Shown here: piece by piece, positions 32,696 to 43,835 of the stretch
How positions within the stretch are numbered: position 1 is the stretch's first letter
Layout of the letters: each line of letters begins with the position of its first letter
Origin: Caecitellus pseudoparvulus
Lineage: Eukaryota; Protista; Bigyra: Bicosoecida
Direction of reading: 5' to 3'
NCBI GenBank assembly: GCA_965644315.1
Contig: CBFFRQ010000038.1
Span: 248,001-312,000, forward strand
Length of the DNA stretch: 64,000 nucleotides
Program-made: the position numbers and the translations under genes
Notes under the pieces: generated by a model
Databases searched by the model: none
The model's input: the letters and a program-made list of their open reading frames with translations, nothing else
Told to the model about the DNA's origin: nothing

Positions 32696-35600
32696 TCACA
32701 GGCGGCCAGTGGAGCGCTCTAGCCACCCCTCCCGCAGTCGGATGAGGAAGGGCGCGAGGGTGATGGTGCTGTCACAGGACAGCAGGGCCTCTGTGGACAT
32801 GCTGCGGCCGCCTGTCCAGCCACGGCGGATGAGCGCTGCGACGTCGTCGGAGGGCTTGTCGGGGTCGCAGCTGCGGATGGCAGAGGCGATGCGTGACACT
32901 TTGATGAACTGACCCGCCGACCCACGCCCGCCACTGTCCTCGCCAGCCGCCGCAGCGATGGCGCCCGTGATCTCCGCCGTGTACGACTGGTACTCCTTCA
33001 GGGCCTGGGCGCGCAGCATCTCGACGAATTCACCCTGGTCCCCGTCCGCGTCCTCCGACAGCAGCTCGTTGTAGTCCACGGAGTCACCGGCGGCGTTGGC
33101 GTCCCGCTCCAATTCCGTCAGCAGCGTCGCCATCATGGCAGGGCTCTTGGTGCGGTACAGCAGGCGCACATGCTGCCGCAGCACATCCTTGGGCAGGATG
33201 CCAGTCGCCTGCCCACCATTGGTGCTTTTGTCGGTTTCCACCAGACTGTCCCGCAGATTCGTCACGAGTTTCAGACTGTGGTGGTGCACTTCTTCCGGCA
33301 GGCGCCCCTGCAGCACTCGCAGGAAGATCTCGCAGTCACTGTCGTACACGTACCGGCGGAGCGCGTGGATGAGGCTGTACGCCCATTCCTGCGCCGCGCC
33401 ACGAGTGCCGTACTTCTGCGTCAGGAACGACAGGAAGAAGCCTTGCAGGGGAATGCGGTGGGTGCCGCTGGCAGTCTTCACGCTGCGCACACGGACGCGG
33501 GTGATGGCGCCACCCCCCCCCTCCTCCCCTGTGCCAGCCCCCCGCAGCTCTGCCTCGGCTTGTTCTTTGGCCACCCAGCACTGCTTCACCAGGCGCTCTG
33601 TGGCGCGTTTGGACAGGAAACGGTTCCGGATGATGCCGTGGCAGCGCAAATACTTCGGCACCGAGGGGTGTGTTCCGCGTCCGATGAAGAATCGCTGTCG
33701 GAACACCGTGGAGGTGAAGGGCACAGGGAGCGCGCCTGGGTTGAAGCGCGCGTCCCCCGTGCCGTTCAAAATGTGGCTCAGGCGCAGGGCTGTCGAGTGT
33801 GGAGGCATGGCCAGCGCGGCAGCCACACTGGGCGGCACGTCAAACGGCACGAGAGACAGCGGCGGCAGGGTGGGCTCGGGCGTGGTCTGTCCCTGCACCG
33901 AACTGTCCCCTGGGCTACTAGGCTTGCTCGGCGTCGCACCTCCCCCCTCACTGCGCCCCTTGCGTGGGCTGGTGGGGGGGGGCGCTGCAGACGGCAGTGT
34001 CCCTGCCGCTGCCCCGCCTTGTGGCGTGTGCTGCAGCTCGCCCACACTGGCCAGGCGGTACACCGGAGCAGGGGGCGTGAGGGCGTGCTGGGCCCACGCT
34101 GTGGAGCCGTGTGGGGCGCCGGGGCGGGGGGGTGGCGTGCTCAGCACCACTGGCGTGGGCAGGAGTGGGTTGAAGTAGTGCGGCAGCTGGGCGGGGGGAA
34201 GAAACGCCCCCGTGCCCGGCCCAAGCACCGCCAACGGCACGCCGTGCATGCTTGGTACATCTGTGGAGTGCGGAGGCCAGTCCACGGGCCCGTCAGGGGG
34301 GGGGCTGGACCCCCCTCCGGCTTGGGGTGAGAGGGCCTCTGGCGGGGCCACCGCATGCACCACCATGCCAGAGGGCAGTGGGCCCACATTCAAGGCGGGG
34401 TGGGGCAGCACTGTGCCAAAGGCTCCAGCTGAGCCGACGCTCTCCCGCACAATGCTCGTGCCGCCCACTGTGGTGCTGCGGAAGGGAGCATTGGGCACTG
34501 GGCTCTGGCGAAGGCTGGGCGCCGACCCTGGCGGCAGGGCCAGGGATGCCCCTGGCCGCGGCACGTACACGGTGCCCCTGGACCCCAGCGCCATGGGGGA
34601 GGGGGGAGGCAGCCCCACGACGCCAGGGGCCGTGGGGGAGGAGGGGCTGTGGGGGGGGGACCCCGCCAGACGCCCCCGGGGGGAGAGCCCCTCGCCCCCG
34701 CCACCGCCCTCGGAGATGGTGGAGAGGAAGGTGCGGGGGCGGCGCCGGGGTGATGCGCCCTTGATGTGCGCCTTCAGTTCCTCGATGCGCGACAGCATGC
34801 GCACCAGCAGCGCGAAGTCGTGCCCCCCCTCCCCGCCGCCGTCACCGCCCTCCCCCTCCATCACACGGTGCACGGCGCCCCGAAGGCGTTCGTTGTCCCC
34901 CGGCAGTCCAGTGGACCCCGTGGCCGGGTTCAGGCCCTCCCCCGACCCGCGCGCCCGCAGGTCCAGCGCGTCCGCCAGCTTCGTCATCCACTCTCCCTGC
35001 ACCTCTGCCAGGGCCGCCCCCGCCCCTCGCTTACGCAGGCTCGTCACCAGGCGGGTGTGGTCCGCTTGTAGCTTGGCGTGGGCCGCCTTCACTTCCCGCA
35101 GCTCATCGGAGCGCGCCGTCAGACTGCGCTGCACGCGCTCGTAGGAGGAGATGGGCACGGACGAGGACACCTCCCGGGCCCGGCGCTCCAGGCTGCTCTC
35201 CAGTCCCTGGTTCTCCGTCTCCACGGCGCTGAGGGCGGCACGCAGGTCCTGCACCTCCCGACTCCGCACCTCCTCCCGTGCCTCAGCCTCCTGCGCCGTC
35301 AGCTCAGTGCGGCGGTAGGCTGCGATGAGGGCGGAGTTGTTGGTGCGCAGCTCTGCCAGGGCGCTGCGTGCCGCCTCAGCAGCTTCCTGCGCCTCCGCCA
35401 GCTCCTCCTGCAAGCCTGCGACGCGGGAGGCGGCCGCCTCGCTCGCGGCCTCGGCGGCTGCGACCCGCTGCTTGGCCGCATCCAGCTGGGCCGTGAAGCG
35501 CTCTGCCTGCTCTGTCAGTGCAGCGTGGCGGTCCTGCTCTGCAGAGGCCAGCTGGGCCACCAGGGCCGGCACGCTGAGGGCAGACTCGTGCACGCTGCGC

Positions 35601-36607
35601 AGGCGCTGCTCGTACACTCGGCGGATGGTCTGCAGAATGGGCTGGTACGTGGTGAAGCCCTCGATGAGGCCTTGGAACGCGTCACGGAAGGTGTTCAGCA
35701 CCGCCTCGGCGCGGGAATCGGCCAGGGCCGCGTCCACCTCCTGCACATTGTCTGCGCCGCTGATGCCCAGGCCAGCCAGAGCAGCGTCCAGCCTCCGCTG
35801 CACCGCCTGAAGCAAAGCAGGGCGGGGGCCGTGGTCGGCACTGGCTGGCTGCTCCTCGGGAAAGGGCACGATGCCAGTGACCTGTCGGGCGTTGTGTGCC
35901 TTGACGCTGCTGCGGCGCTGGGCCGACAGAGCGCCGTGTTTCTGGGCGGGGGACAACGAGCGTTTCCACGCCTCCCGGCCCAGCAGCTCGCTGTCTGCGT
36001 TTCGCGACAGCGTTTGCGCGCTCTGTGCAGCCAGCTCAGCAGCCTTGTCACGTAATGCTCGCCTGGCGCTGGGGGATCTGCCCTGCGCCGCCGATTTTCC
36101 GTCTTCCTGGGCGCTGGGAGTGAAGTCGCCGGTCGCTCCGCGACCACCCTCGCCGGCCCAGATATTTGGCGTCGAGACACTGCCCTGCAGGGCCGCCTCT
36201 GCTGAGCGCAGGGGGTCAGTTTTGAAGGGTGATGCCGAGCTTTTGGGGCTGTACGGCTGCGGTGTGGCGGCGTGGGGGTTCCGCCGCCGCCTGTGGCTCT
36301 GCTTGTCGCCCGACAGCACTGCAGCTGACATGGAGTGTGCCAGGAGAGCAGACGCCCCTGCCATGTTCAAGGGGGTCCTACCTGCATCGCTGGGGCCACT
36401 GGCGCGGGCTGTCAGGGCACGGGCAGTGCTTGCGCTGGCGGGGGTGCGGTGGCTGCCCCCGCCCAGACCCGCCACCGCCCTCGCACTGGCCGGCGCAGCA
36501 GGGGGCGTGCCCACTCCCTTGGCCTCCTGTTCACTGGCTTGCTGAGCAGCCCAGCGCTGTGCAGCCGCCATCTGCTGAGGGGTGAGGGATGGCGCCGAAG
36601 CGCTCAT
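32696..36607 (-). CDS. TSNAXIP1: Translin-associated factor X-interacting protein 1-like (ciliary)
   Basis: N-domain FRDAFQGLIEGFTTYQPILQTIRRVYE, coiled coil, and C-domain FFIGRGT.PSVPKYLR..G.IRNR..SKR.TE..CW and YDSDCEIFLRVLQG. Confidence 0.8.
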   Translation of the reverse strand: MSASAPSLTPQQMAAAQRWAAQQASEQEAKGVGTPPAAPASARAVAGLGGGSHRTPASASTARALTARASGPSDAGRTPLNMAGASALLAHSMSAAVLSGDKQSHRRRRNPHAATPQPYSPKSSASPFKTDPLRSAEAALQGSVSTPNIWAGEGGRGATGDFTPSAQEDGKSAAQGRSPSARRALRDKAAELAAQSAQTLSRNADSELLGREAWKRSLSPAQKHGALSAQRRSSVKAHNARQVTGIVPFPEEQPASADHGPRPALLQAVQRRLDAALAGLGISGADNVQEVDAALADSRAEAVLNTFRDAFQGLIEGFTTYQPILQTIRRVYEQRLRSVHESALSVPALVAQLASAEQDRHAALTEQAERFTAQLDAAKQRVAAAEAASEAAASRVAGLQEELAEAQEAAEAARSALAELRTNNSALIAAYRRTELTAQEAEAREEVRSREVQDLRAALSAVETENQGLESSLERRAREVSSSVPISSYERVQRSLTARSDELREVKAAHAKLQADHTRLVTSLRKRGAGAALAEVQGEWMTKLADALDLRARGSGEGLNPATGSTGLPGDNERLRGAVHRVMEGEGGDGGGEGGHDFALLVRMLSRIEELKAHIKGASPRRRPRTFLSTISEGGGGGEGLSPRGRLAGSPPHSPSSPTAPGVVGLPPPSPMALGSRGTVYVPRPGASLALPPGSAPSLRQSPVPNAPFRSTTVGGTSIVRESVGSAGAFGTVLPHPALNVGPLPSGMVVHAVAPPEALSPQAGGGSSPPPDGPVDWPPHSTDVPSMHGVPLAVLGPGTGAFLPPAQLPHYFNPLLPTPVVLSTPPPRPGAPHGSTAWAQHALTPPAPVYRLASVGELQHTPQGGAAAGTLPSAAPPPTSPRKGRSEGGGATPSKPSSPGDSSVQGQTTPEPTLPPLSLVPFDVPPSVAAALAMPPHSTALRLSHILNGTGDARFNPGALPVPFTSTVFRQRFFIGRGTHPSVPKYLRCHGIIRNRFLSKRATERLVKQCWVAKEQAEAELRGAGTGEEGGGGAITRVRVRSVKTASGTHRIPLQGFFLSFLTQKYGTRGAAQEWAYSLIHALRRYVYDSDCEIFLRVLQGRLPEEVHHHSLKLVTNLRDSLVETDKSTNGGQATGILPKDVLRQHVRLLYRTKSPAMMATLLTELERDANAAGDSVDYNELLSEDADGDQGEFVEMLRAQALKEYQSYTAEITGAIAAAAGEDSGGRGSAGQFIKVSRIASAIRSCDPDKPSDDVAALIRRGWTGGRSMSTEALLSCDSTITLAPFLIRLREGWLERSTGRL

Positions 36608-36902
36608 GCCGGGCTGGCCTCTGTTGCGTTGCCTTGCGCGCTGCACACGCAGGTGCAGCACGAGGGGGAGCGGGCAGCACTGCTGCAAGAGTTGGCATGC
36701 ACGCGTGGCCAGCCGTTAGGCGTGTGCACGGCACGGCACACCGAGTTTCACGAGTGGCGTGTGTTTTGGAGGGAAGCGAGCACTGTACTTCGGTGCAGCT
36801 GGCACAGTTCACCAAAACCACAACAATCCTACGACAGATAGTGTAAAGAAACCTCATCTAGGATAGGCATCATACCTTTGTACACCTCATTTAGCGTACA
36901 GT

Positions 36903-38569
36903 ATGGCAGCAAGCGGCGTCGGCGTGGTGCCAGGCACCGTGGTCTCTTCTGAGGTGACACCCATTGCCAAGCTGGATGCTGCAGCCCTGCAGGAAATTCG
37001 AGCCAAGGTCATCGCCAAGTTCAAGGAGGCAGCCCCCGGCGTGTCCAAGGCCGTCCTGCTCGTCAAGGGCGGCGAGCAAGAGGCGCGTTCCAACACAGGT
37101 GCGCTTCTGGCAGCGGCACGTGCAGTGCACTTGGCTCGGCAGCACCTGCTCCTGCCGCCCCTGCAGACTGCGAGACACTATTCCGGCAGGAGAGCTTCTT
37201 CTACTATCTGACTGCTCAAAATGAGCCCGGTCAGTGGATTGCCATCGACGTGGACAGCGGCAAGTGCGTGGGGTGCAGGTGGCGCTGTGCACTGGCGTGT
37301 GTCCAATGCTTCTGAACGCCGACGCACACCCCCCCCTCCCGCCACAGGAGCACCTTGCTGTACCCAGACCTGGGGCCAACGTGGGTCATCTGGTGCGGTC
37401 CTCAGAAGACTGCCGAGGAGCTGCAGGCGGAGACAGGCGTGGACGCAGTGACCACCACTGACAAGCTGGCAGATGTGCTGGCGGGGTACGCCCCTGAGCA
37501 GGTGCACCTGCTGCAAGGCGTGAACACGGACTCTGGCGAAGAAATCAAGGCGCCGGAGGGCGTGCCAGCCGGCCCGTGGACGATTGTGAAGGACAAGCTG
37601 CACCAGGCTCTCGTGGAGGCACGTGTGTGCAAGACGCCTGCGGAAGTTGCGCTGATGCGCGCCACCAACGCAGCAGCTGCCGAGGCTCACCTCGCCGTGA
37701 TGGCAGCGGCGCAGCCTGGCTGGAGGGAGTTCCAGTCGGAAGCCCTGTTCAAGTACGTGTCACACTTCACTTCTGGCGCGCGGTACTGGGCGTACACGGC
37801 CATTTGCGGCAGCAGCACGCGTTGCGCGGTGCTGCACTACGGGCACTCTGCACTGCCCAACGCGGAGGTGGTGCCAGACGGCGCCCTGTGCCTGCACGAC
37901 ATGGGCTGCGAGGCCCACGGGTATGCCAGCGACATCACCGTGTCCTTCCCCATCAACGGAAAGTTCACGGAGCAGCAAGCCGCCATTTACAACATTGTGC
38001 TGGCTGCGCTGGAAGGCGTAAAGGCTGCCATGAAGCCAGGCATCTCCTGGCCTACCATGCACACGCTCGCCTATGAGATCATCGGGCAGGGGCTGCTGGA
38101 CCTGGGCATTTTGACTGGGTCCCTGGAGGAGGTGCTGGCTGCCAACGTCGTGTCAGTGTTCATGCCGCACGGGCTGGGGCATCTGCTGGGGTTGGAGACA
38201 CACGACGTGGGGGGGTACCCGCCCCACCTGGAGGATGTGAAGCGCGACCCGCGCTTCGGCCACGCCTCTGTGCGCCTGGGGCGCAAGTTGGAGGAGGGCA
38301 TGGTGCTGACGGTGGAGCCGGGGTGCTACTTCAACCCCACCCTCATCGCCAAGGCGCTGGCTGACCCCGAGCAAGGCAAGTTCGTAGTGCAGGCCAAGGC
38401 AGAGGAGTACACGCCAGTGGGGGGTGTGCGCCTGGAAGACAACGTCCTGGTCACGGCCACTGGCATCGACAACATGACCGTTGTGCCGCGCAGTGTGGAG
38501 GAGGTGGAAGCCGCCTGCGCCGGCCAAATCACATCCCTGCAGTTTCTGCGCGACCTCCGCACCAAGTGA
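36903..38569 (+). CDS. PEPD: Xaa-Pro dipeptidase (prolidase), 3 exons
   Basis: FRQESFFYYL, VLHYGH, DMG..GYASDIT.SFP.NGKF, PHGLGHLLGLETHDVGG, TVEPGCYF, GGVRLED. Confidence 0.95.
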
Positions 38570-38609
38570 GAATAGAGATGGTTGCAATGCACAGCAGTGG
38601 CTGCGTCAC

Positions 38610-40865
38610 ATGCCCTCTGCGCCGGAGCTGCAGCTGGAGGGGGTGGGGCCGAGTCACGGCGCCACCCTGCGCCAGCGGCGCTCCACCCTGCAGCGGCCCT
38701 TCACGCTGGTGCTGTTGGAAGAAGGCAGCCGACCCCTCGTCGCAGCGGTGTGGCATGGGCCGGCGTCGCTGTGGGTGAAGCTTGCGCCTGCTGCCAGTTT
38801 CGTCGTGACGGTGAACGACGAGCCGCTGCTGGGGCGTGGGCCGCTTGCCAGGCAACTGCAGGAGGCAGACCGCCTCCGCATTCTCCAGGACGGCAGTGCC
38901 ACTGCAGCCTTCACGGTGCAGCGGAAACGGGGTGCGAAACGGGAGCGGGCACTGCCCGAGAGCTTGCCCGCTCCTGGAGTCGGCGCGGGGAGTCAGGCGT
39001 GTGCAAGCGCGCAACCAATTACCGCAGGCATAGAAAGTCCTGCCAAACGGCCTGCGCCAGCGGCAGCACCTGACGACGACTGTGAGGGCAAAGCAGCAGG
39101 TGACAATGCCATGTCTCCACCTTTAGCAGCTTGGTTCGCCGAAGCGAGGGCAAATCGAGCCAGTCTGCAAGCCGGACTGGACAGCGGCATGACTCCGGCA
39201 GAGCAAGGTGTCTTGCGCCCCCGCACCAGCGCATGGCCTGTGCCCCCTCTTGGAGACGCCACGACTGCCACCTCTTGTGGTTTGAGCTGGGGCTCTGTGC
39301 GTGAGGCTGCGGACCCGCGGTCGGAGTGGACGAAACGCATGGCCGCTGCCGCTGCTGCGTTGAAGCGTGCTCCGTGGCTGTGCTTGTCCCCCGCTGGGCA
39401 GGCAGTGTACAACCCGCCGAGTCACTTGGATGCATGGGCATGGGACACGAGTGGCGCCAGGCACGCTGCTGCTTGCCCCTGGGAGGCCTTCCTGCGTCAC
39501 GTGGATGGTGCGTTGGCAGCAGAGGTTGACTCCACTGACCACTCCAGCGCCTCCTCCCAGGCCACGGAGGCCGAGTCACCCACTGCGCCGTCTGGCCCAG
39601 GCAGCCAACAGGACCAGGACAAGGAGGGTGCCATGGCCAATGGGCACCTGATTCCCCACATCCAGGCGCTGGCCCAGCACGAAGCTTCAGCCAGTGGCCC
39701 CGCCGCTACACATAGATTGCTGGCTCACCGATTGCTGCTGGCCGTGCTGCACAAGCTGCGCAGGCGTATTACGACGGCTGCCCAGGTCGACACCCTACTG
39801 CAGTTCTTTCCCTTGGGGGACGGCACACGCACGCGCCTGTGTTCCATCCTGCAGAGCGGAACACTGCCCAAAGCGGCTGCGCTGCAGGCTGACCCTGCGG
39901 AAAGTGCCAGACAACGCCTCATCCACCTACACGGCATCGGCCACGCCACGGCCGCCAGCCTCGTGCAGACACACGCCGTGACGGACCCCGCCGATTTGCT
40001 GCAGTGCGTGCAGCGGGCAGAGGGGGGGCGTGGTGACGCCCGGGATGCCGCCGTGACTGCTCTGCTCTCAGCACCCACCCTGGCAGCGCTGCCGTATTAC
40101 GCGGACCTGGCCCAGCGCATTCCGCGCGCTGAGGTGGCGGTGTTCCAGCGCCTGCTGCGCCACATCGTGGCATGCGAGGTGGACCCCCAGTTGGAGGTGG
40201 TGGTAGCGGGAAGTTTCCGACGAGGGGCGGCCTGGTGTGGGGATGTTGATGTGCTGATCACGCACCCCTCTGGCCCATGCCAGGTGCTGTCTGCTGTGTG
40301 CAAGGCCCTGAGCGATGCGGGGATTCTGCAGTGCACTCTGCACGCGGAGGGGGGCTCAGGCCGCAGTGGAGGGGGGTTGTCGGCGGGGTTGCTGCCAGGA
40401 CACCACCCTGTGCAAACCCTTGCCGCTATCGCCCGGTTACCGCCTTGGGTGCCAGCCGTGGCCACCGTCGCAGATGCTCGTGCAGTGCCGCTGGAGTCAC
40501 CCCCATCCCCTTGCAACACACACTGGCTTGCCCGTCGCCTGGACATCAAGTGCTACCACCGGGCTCACTGGGCGCCGGCGCTGGCGTATTACACGGGGGA
40601 CGACATGATGAACCGAAAACTGCGTGAATTCGCCAGCCGCATGGGGTACAAACTGGACGACCGATACCTGTGGCCAGCGAAAGTGGTGGGCAGTGTCCCC
40701 GGCAGTCGCGGCACTGCCCAGCGCAGGTACAAGCTGCGCGGACACCCAATTGCGCTGGAGAGTGAGGAGGATTTGTGGAGCGCACTTGGGCTGCAGTTCA
40801 TCCCCCCCGCCTCGCGCTGCGTGCTGCCCGTGTCCACACAGGGCGTGCGCCTGGCCAAACACTGA
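38610..40865 (+). CDS. X-family DNA polymerase (Pol lambda/mu-like, divergent)
   Basis: HhH LHGIGHATA, RIPRAEV, GSFRRG..CGDVDVLITHP, RRLDIK, YYTG..NR.LR, SEEDLW.ALGL.FIPP..R. The start codon is uncertain (38610 or 39111). Confidence 0.9.
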   Translation: MPSAPELQLEGVGPSHGATLRQRRSTLQRPFTLVLLEEGSRPLVAAVWHGPASLWVKLAPAASFVVTVNDEPLLGRGPLARQLQEADRLRILQDGSATAAFTVQRKRGAKRERALPESLPAPGVGAGSQACASAQPITAGIESPAKRPAPAAAPDDDCEGKAAGDNAMSPPLAAWFAEARANRASLQAGLDSGMTPAEQGVLRPRTSAWPVPPLGDATTATSCGLSWGSVREAADPRSEWTKRMAAAAAALKRAPWLCLSPAGQAVYNPPSHLDAWAWDTSGARHAAACPWEAFLRHVDGALAAEVDSTDHSSASSQATEAESPTAPSGPGSQQDQDKEGAMANGHLIPHIQALAQHEASASGPAATHRLLAHRLLLAVLHKLRRRITTAAQVDTLLQFFPLGDGTRTRLCSILQSGTLPKAAALQADPAESARQRLIHLHGIGHATAASLVQTHAVTDPADLLQCVQRAEGGRGDARDAAVTALLSAPTLAALPYYADLAQRIPRAEVAVFQRLLRHIVACEVDPQLEVVVAGSFRRGAAWCGDVDVLITHPSGPCQVLSAVCKALSDAGILQCTLHAEGGSGRSGGGLSAGLLPGHHPVQTLAAIARLPPWVPAVATVADARAVPLESPPSPCNTHWLARRLDIKCYHRAHWAPALAYYTGDDMMNRKLREFASRMGYKLDDRYLWPAKVVGSVPGSRGTAQRRYKLRGHPIALESEEDLWSALGLQFIPPASRCVLPVSTQGVRLAKH

Positions 40866-41167
40866 TTCCTTGTGTGCCTGGTGAGGCAACCTAATGTAGT
40901 CAGCTCTTCTGCCCAGTTCTGGCCTCAAACGCATGTGTGACGCGTGGAACCCTGCAGTGCTCTGAGCTGGGAGTCTGCTACGGCAAAGCAGACGGGCGAA
41001 CAGAATACAGGACAGAAACTAAAGACTGAGCAGGTGTGGTTTGCCTTCCGTTGAGATGCCTGCCTAGGGGGCCTTTCCCGGAGGTATAGCTGCGCATTTG
41101 GCGAGGCGGCGCCGAGCACATCAGCTGGGCGTCACACACAGTGCCCCCCGCGACGAGCAAGCGCACC

Positions 41168-43673
41168 ATGGCGTCACTCGAAGGAACCAAGCGACTGCGT
41201 AAGCGCACCCGGGATGTGAACTATGCGGAAATCGAAGAAGGGAGCATTGGGTATGCTCAAGGTGCGTGCAGGGGGCGGTGCTTGGATTGCGTTTCACGGG
41301 CGTTTCACAGCGGCCTAACACTTTTGTACCAGAGCAAAAGCAGTTCAAGGCCATTCTGGAGGCGCGCAAGTTCGGCAAGCGTCTTGTGAAAGTGATGAAA
41401 TCGGGCCACGAGTTCACACTTGAATGGGTGCGTCGCAAGCCGTCGTGTGCCCGCGCCTGGCTTTGCAGCTCACAGCCGACCGTTGGGCGCAGGTGCGCAA
41501 GAACGGCTTGAAGTTCCCAGTGCACATTCAGGACAGTGCAGGACTGGGCATGGTGGTACCTTCTCCCGGGTTTGGAGTCAGGGACGTCGCGCGCGTCATC
41601 GGCACCTCCACTCCCCTCGTGAGGCCACTTGCGGTGCATCGCGCATGCAGTACGGATCCCAACCACGCTGTCCGGTCACGTGCGCCACGTGCAGGATGTC
41701 ATTGACGTCTCAGCCCAGGAGGAAATGGGGGCTTGGACCCTGGGCCGGTGGGCAAACTACTACTGCAACCCAGCCCAGCGTAGCAAGGTGCTAAATGTCA
41801 TCTCACTGGAGTTCAGCTCGTCTCCCCTCCGCCAGTGCGTTGCGCGGTGCAGCCTGCTGCGCCACATCGTGCCCGCGAGCTTGGTAGCATCGCTTGCTCG
41901 CTCCTCCATGGCGCAGTTTCGTTCGCTCGCCGGATGTGGTGCGGCAGTTGGACTGGATCGATTCCATTTGGCCCGCTGAACGCCGGGCGGTGGGGCAGTT
42001 TCCCCGTGTACAGTACTACTGCTTGATGAGCGTGCAGGGCTGTTACACTGGTGAGTGCCTGGCTTTGACGCGGCGGTGGCGCACCATGCGCTGTGGCTGA
42101 CAAACCAGTGCGCTCTGACGTCATGCAGACTTCCACATCGACTTCGGCGGGACTAGTGTGTGGTACCACGTGTTCAAGGGCGAGAAACGCTTCCTGTTCA
42201 TCCCGCCCACGCACAAGAACCTGGAGGCGTATGCGAAGTGGACCACTTCACCTGACCAGTCCACGACCTTCTTCGGAGACCTGGTGCAAGGCACGTGCTT
42301 TGACCTGACGCTGAAGCAAGGCCAGACCATGATCATCCCGACCGGTGCGTGAGGCGGCGTGCCAGACTGCCTCGCCAGTGGGGCTTGCCACGACCTTTCG
42401 CGCGCCTTCCACCAGGCTGGATCCACGCTGTGTACACGCCAGTGGACAGCCTAGTATTCGGAGGGAACTTCCTGCACTCTCACGGCATGGCCAAGCAGCT
42501 GGAGGTGTACGAGCTGGAGCGGTCCACTCGTGTGCCGCGCAAGTTTTGCTTTCCGTACTATGAGGTGAGGCTGCAGCGGTGTGCTGGGGTGGGCGTTGAC
42601 GTGCACAGCCCCCTCACAACCTTTCACAGCACCTGCACTGGTACACGCTCGCGTACTACTGCATCAAGACACGTTCCGCTGCATTTCAAGAGCTGCATGC
42701 GTTGATGGCGGAGTTCAAAGTGCTCAAAGGAAGGATCAAGGCTGGTGAAGGCGAGGCAGAGCTGCGGGAAACCGCTCGGCACACGGCAGGGCGCATCACA
42801 GGCTTGCTGCAGGAGCTAGAAATGGGCCACAGCGAAGTGAACGAGCTCGTCTCCCTGCTGTCCATCCTCACGCGCATTCGGGCAGAGGCGCTGGAGAGTG
42901 CCGTGCAGGCGCAAAGTGCAGACGGGGAGGGAGGGCCTGTTCAGCCCGGGACGAGTCAACGCGTCAAGGGCCAACGCACTGCGTTTGCGGCTGAGCTGAG
43001 CACTGCTGCTACGGCCCAGCACGCGGCGCAGTACGCGGGTTGTGCTTCGCCAGAGGACATGCTTGCGGAACTGACTGGGCGGTTGCTGCACTCGGACAGC
43101 AAAGCCTTCTTACCAACTGCTCCACAGGAGCTAGATGCCACATCACCGTGCAGATCGCCGCCAGGCTTCGGCTGGGCCCCCGCCGTTCAGTGTGTACCTG
43201 GGGGGGGACAGGACTGGGCGACTTGCGATGGGCCCGATGCGCAGTTGGCGGGCCGGGATGGCGAAAGCGGGTGTGCGACGTGGTTTGTTCGAGGTTTTGA
43301 GGATGCACCCGATGGCCACCCTGCCGCGCCCGGCACCCACCCACAAGCGGTATTGGTTGTGCGATTCATGCCTGACCGACTGCATCGCATGTTCTCAGCT
43401 GATGGGCTGTTCTGCTGCAAAGGCAACGCGAGCGGCAGCGGAGGGCGGAAGAGCCGCCGTGCACGGGCCGCTGCGGCAGCAGCCACACCGGCAACGTCTG
43501 ACAGCGACAGTGACCAAAGCCTGGATGTGGGTGGAAGTGGCGGGGCTGCCTCCCAGCCAGGCGGCCTCAGCGGCGCAGCGGGACCCCCTGCGCCCGGCGC
43601 GACCACACACGTCTCGGTTGCGAGCGCCAAGCGCAGGGTGATGCAAGTCGCGGCGAAGAGACAGCGTACATAG
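41168..43673 (+). CDS. JmjC histone demethylase, KDM2/KDM7 (JHDM1)-like, 8 exons
   Basis: Spliced model: [73 protein letters not shown]. Seven canonical introns. Confidence 0.93.
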
Positions 43674-43835
43674 CACAGTGTAGGACGCCTCACATGTCAT
43701 CCAGGCTTTGCTGGGCGACACAGGGCTTGGGAACATACCACTCTGTCATTGGCATGGAGGGAGTAAGCTCACCCAACCACTCTGCAGAATCTGCCGACAC
43801 AAGCTGCTCGTGAAGCTGTAAACGCAGCGCATTGC

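Noticed and set aside
38560-38612. PEPD stop lies within a donor-like AA|GTGAGA with a nearby cacag, suggesting a PEPD-PolX fusion by splicing
   Set aside because: The intron would be only 29-32 nt, and both acceptors give the wrong frame for PolX.
41260-42630. Many similar-sized introns as introner elements
   Set aside because: Apart from splice signals, I saw no shared sequence or terminal inverted repeats between introns.
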